Shown: piece after piece, positions 61,924-64,000 of the stretch
How the letters are laid out: every line of letters starts with the position of its first letter
How positions within the stretch are numbered: position 1 is the stretch's first letter
Notes under the pieces: generated by a model
Seen by the model: the letters and a program-made list of their open reading frames with translations, nothing else
What the model was told of the DNA's origin: nothing
Database searches by the model: none
Position numbers and translations under genes: made by a program
Assembly: GCF_035594765.1 (NCBI RefSeq)
Contig: NC_085841.1
Location: 260,864,525 to 260,928,524 of the forward strand
Length of the DNA stretch: 64,000 nucleotides
Source of the DNA: Anolis carolinensis
Lineage: Eukaryota
Direction of reading: 5' to 3'

Positions 61924-64000
61924 CTCCCGGCCTAGATTTCCGGACTTTCGGAAATCTAAACAAAATGGAGTTAAATACCTTTAACTCTAATAACTTTAAG
62001 ACTGTACGTCTTGTGAAAATAACTCAACCATGTCGCTAATAGGCCTGTCAAACAAAGAAACCTTTTCGTTAGATCTTAACCTGGGCCTTGCACACTCTAT
62101 TGTCAGAGCTAGGATATAATTTTGACACAATACCCTTAGCCCATTGGTTTCTAGGAGCATCCTTTTGTTTAAGTAACATCAAATCCCCAACCTTTACGTT
62201 GGCACTTAACAATCCAAAACCCATAGTTTTTTGGGGCAGACTCTGTAAATGACCTTCCTTGGTGTTTGACCTTTGCGTGGAAATGCTGTGTCAACAGCAG
62301 AGCTATGTGGCTATGGTGTGGCAAAATAACAGGATTTTTAACACAGGATCTAATCTTTGCTCTTTTTAGTCTACCTCCAACCCTAAGGAGACCCTCATTG
62401 TCCAGGAAGGGGTTCAAGTCCTTTAAACCACTATTTTTGGGCAAGGATGCTTTTCTTTCTAGACAAGCTATTTTTGAAGGTGAGGAACTGCTAGCTATGT
62501 ACTGTCTTGACAGTTGTATGTTTTCTATGCCTTGGGCTTGGCAAGTCTAATTTTTCCATTGTGACATGAGATCCTGAGGAAGCTCCTGATCCCAGGTGAG
62601 CTTAAGCTGAATTGCCTGTTTGAAAAGCAATTTGGCTGAGATGACTACTGGAGACACTATACCCAGTGGATCGTAAATGCCATTGATGGCAGATAACATA
62701 AGTCTTTTGGAGGTGACCATGTCCAATTTAGGGGCTCTTAAAGTAAAACAGTCTGCAGCTACGTTCCATAACAAACCTAAACTGGCTTGAGCGTTCAAGT
62801 CTTGAAACAACTTTGATGTATCCTTTTCCACCAAGTCTTTTGGTGGGAAAGCCTGAAGTATCTCTGGACTATTTGAGTTTATTTTGTGATACGGCAGGAA
62901 CCACTGCTGTTCTCCCTCTGCACACACCCTGGCTGGTTCAGCGTAGTTGCTTCTGAAGAGGTCTTCCACAAACTGGGTGATCTGGGTCTTTACCTTCGGA
63001 TCCTTTAGCATTCTTCTTAAGGACAGGAGACGATGAAGGGCAACATCTCTGTTGTTGGGTAGAGATGGTCTTTCCGGCTTGAAAGGTAAAGGTGCTATCC
63101 AATTACCTTCAGGGTCTTGAGTGACTTGGTTGTTCATCATCTCAAGGAACTTCTGTTCATTTTTAGAGAAGGCTGTTTGCTCATCTCTCTCTGTGACTTC
63201 AAAGATGGGAGAGTAATCGGGCATTACTCCCTGGCAGCAAACTGAGATGTGGCTGGCACATCCTTGCATTAGTGAAGGCCTTTTAGTGACAGGCTGGAAC
63301 ATCTTGTTCAGGCAGACTGGGCCTAACACCGTCCATCCTAAAGGCAACTGCTGGGCCATGGGTGATCCCTTAGGACCTTCAATCTGGTTGCTAACACGGA
63401 ACAGTGTGGGACAATCTGCACCGATAAGCATGACGATGTCTGTTTCCAAGTCCAAAGCTGGAATTAGATCTTGAATACCTTTGAGATGAGGATGGGCTTG
63501 TACCACCTCCTTCGTGGCTATCTGTTCTTTGTTCCTGGGAATCAGGCTGCATTCTATAAGGTCAGGAAGATCGTACCTGACCTTTTGTCCGACAGGCGAG
63601 ATTTTGAACTTTGTTGCAACTCTGCCATTCATCTTATTCTTTCCAGAACAAGTGGATATGGTGTAATCTATTGTCTCGGTATGAAGGTTGAACATGTTGA
63701 AGAACTCTGGGGTTGCAAGAGATGCGTCACTTTGGGCATCCAAGGCGACGTAGACCCTTTTCTTATTCCACGGCTGCTTGTCTGGATACACCTCTGCCAG
63801 GCAGATTGGGTGGCAAATCCTGGGCTTGTGGCTATTTTGACAAAGCTTGGTGCAGGCAACCGCAGGAGCCTTGAGGGCTACCTGAGGTTCTGTAGGCTTT
63901 TGGTCTTCTTTGGTTTCTTCTTTGGTAGGAGAATTTGACTTTGCTTTGAATTGAGGGGAATCGAAGTTGTGCATTGCAGAGCAATGCTTGATGCTGTTGC
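61924..64000 (-). mobile_element. Internal region of an internally deleted BEL/Pao LTR retrotransposon (runs off the window)
   Basis: Protease-like ALDAQSDASL, LPLGWTVLGPVC, WIAPLPF, SKRLMLSAINGIYDPLG, LNPFLDNEGLLRVGGRL, PVILP..H..HQG, and C-terminal KVGDLMLLK..PRNQW / DRPISDMVEL. These are BEL/Pao Pol signatures. Catalytic RT, RNase H and integrase cores are absent. Confidence 0.9.

Overview
This is AT-rich, intron- and repeat-dense vertebrate DNA from a squamate, most likely Anolis. The species call is inferred from Sauria-SINE-type elements and the lizard-style transposon mix. The only host gene I can support is IGHMBP2 (DNA-binding protein SMUBP-2, a UPF1-like SF1B helicase) on the minus strand. 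Nine coding exons, matching human exons 7-15, were placed by hand with GT/AG boundaries and consistent phases: 2079 nt, giving 692 C-terminal residues plus stop. They cover the helicase motifs from motif II onward, the R3H domain and the AN1 zinc finger. Exons 1-6 were not found and presumably lie beyond position 64000. The rest is an archive of mobile elements: a composite non-autonomous Helitron, a near full-length decayed L1 split by an L2, CR1, Vingi and L2 fragments, Sauria SINEs, hAT and pogo/Tigger MITEs, a Penelope fragment with a decayed hammerhead ribozyme, two Gypsy-type solo LTRs, a 5'-truncated R4/Dong element with an intact ORF between (TAA)n arrays, and a BEL/Pao element. I found no CRISPR array, rRNA, tRNA or convincingly new biological system. 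The most unusual structures are: (i) the BEL/Pao derivative lacking the RT, RNase H and integrase catalytic cores, with two of the three deletions in frame; (ii) the TAA-targeted R4/Dong insertion; (iii) the Russian-doll Helitron; (iv) reading frames starting in the same phase at the 5' end of two unrelated solo LTRs. Family names are from motif recognition only; no database was searched.
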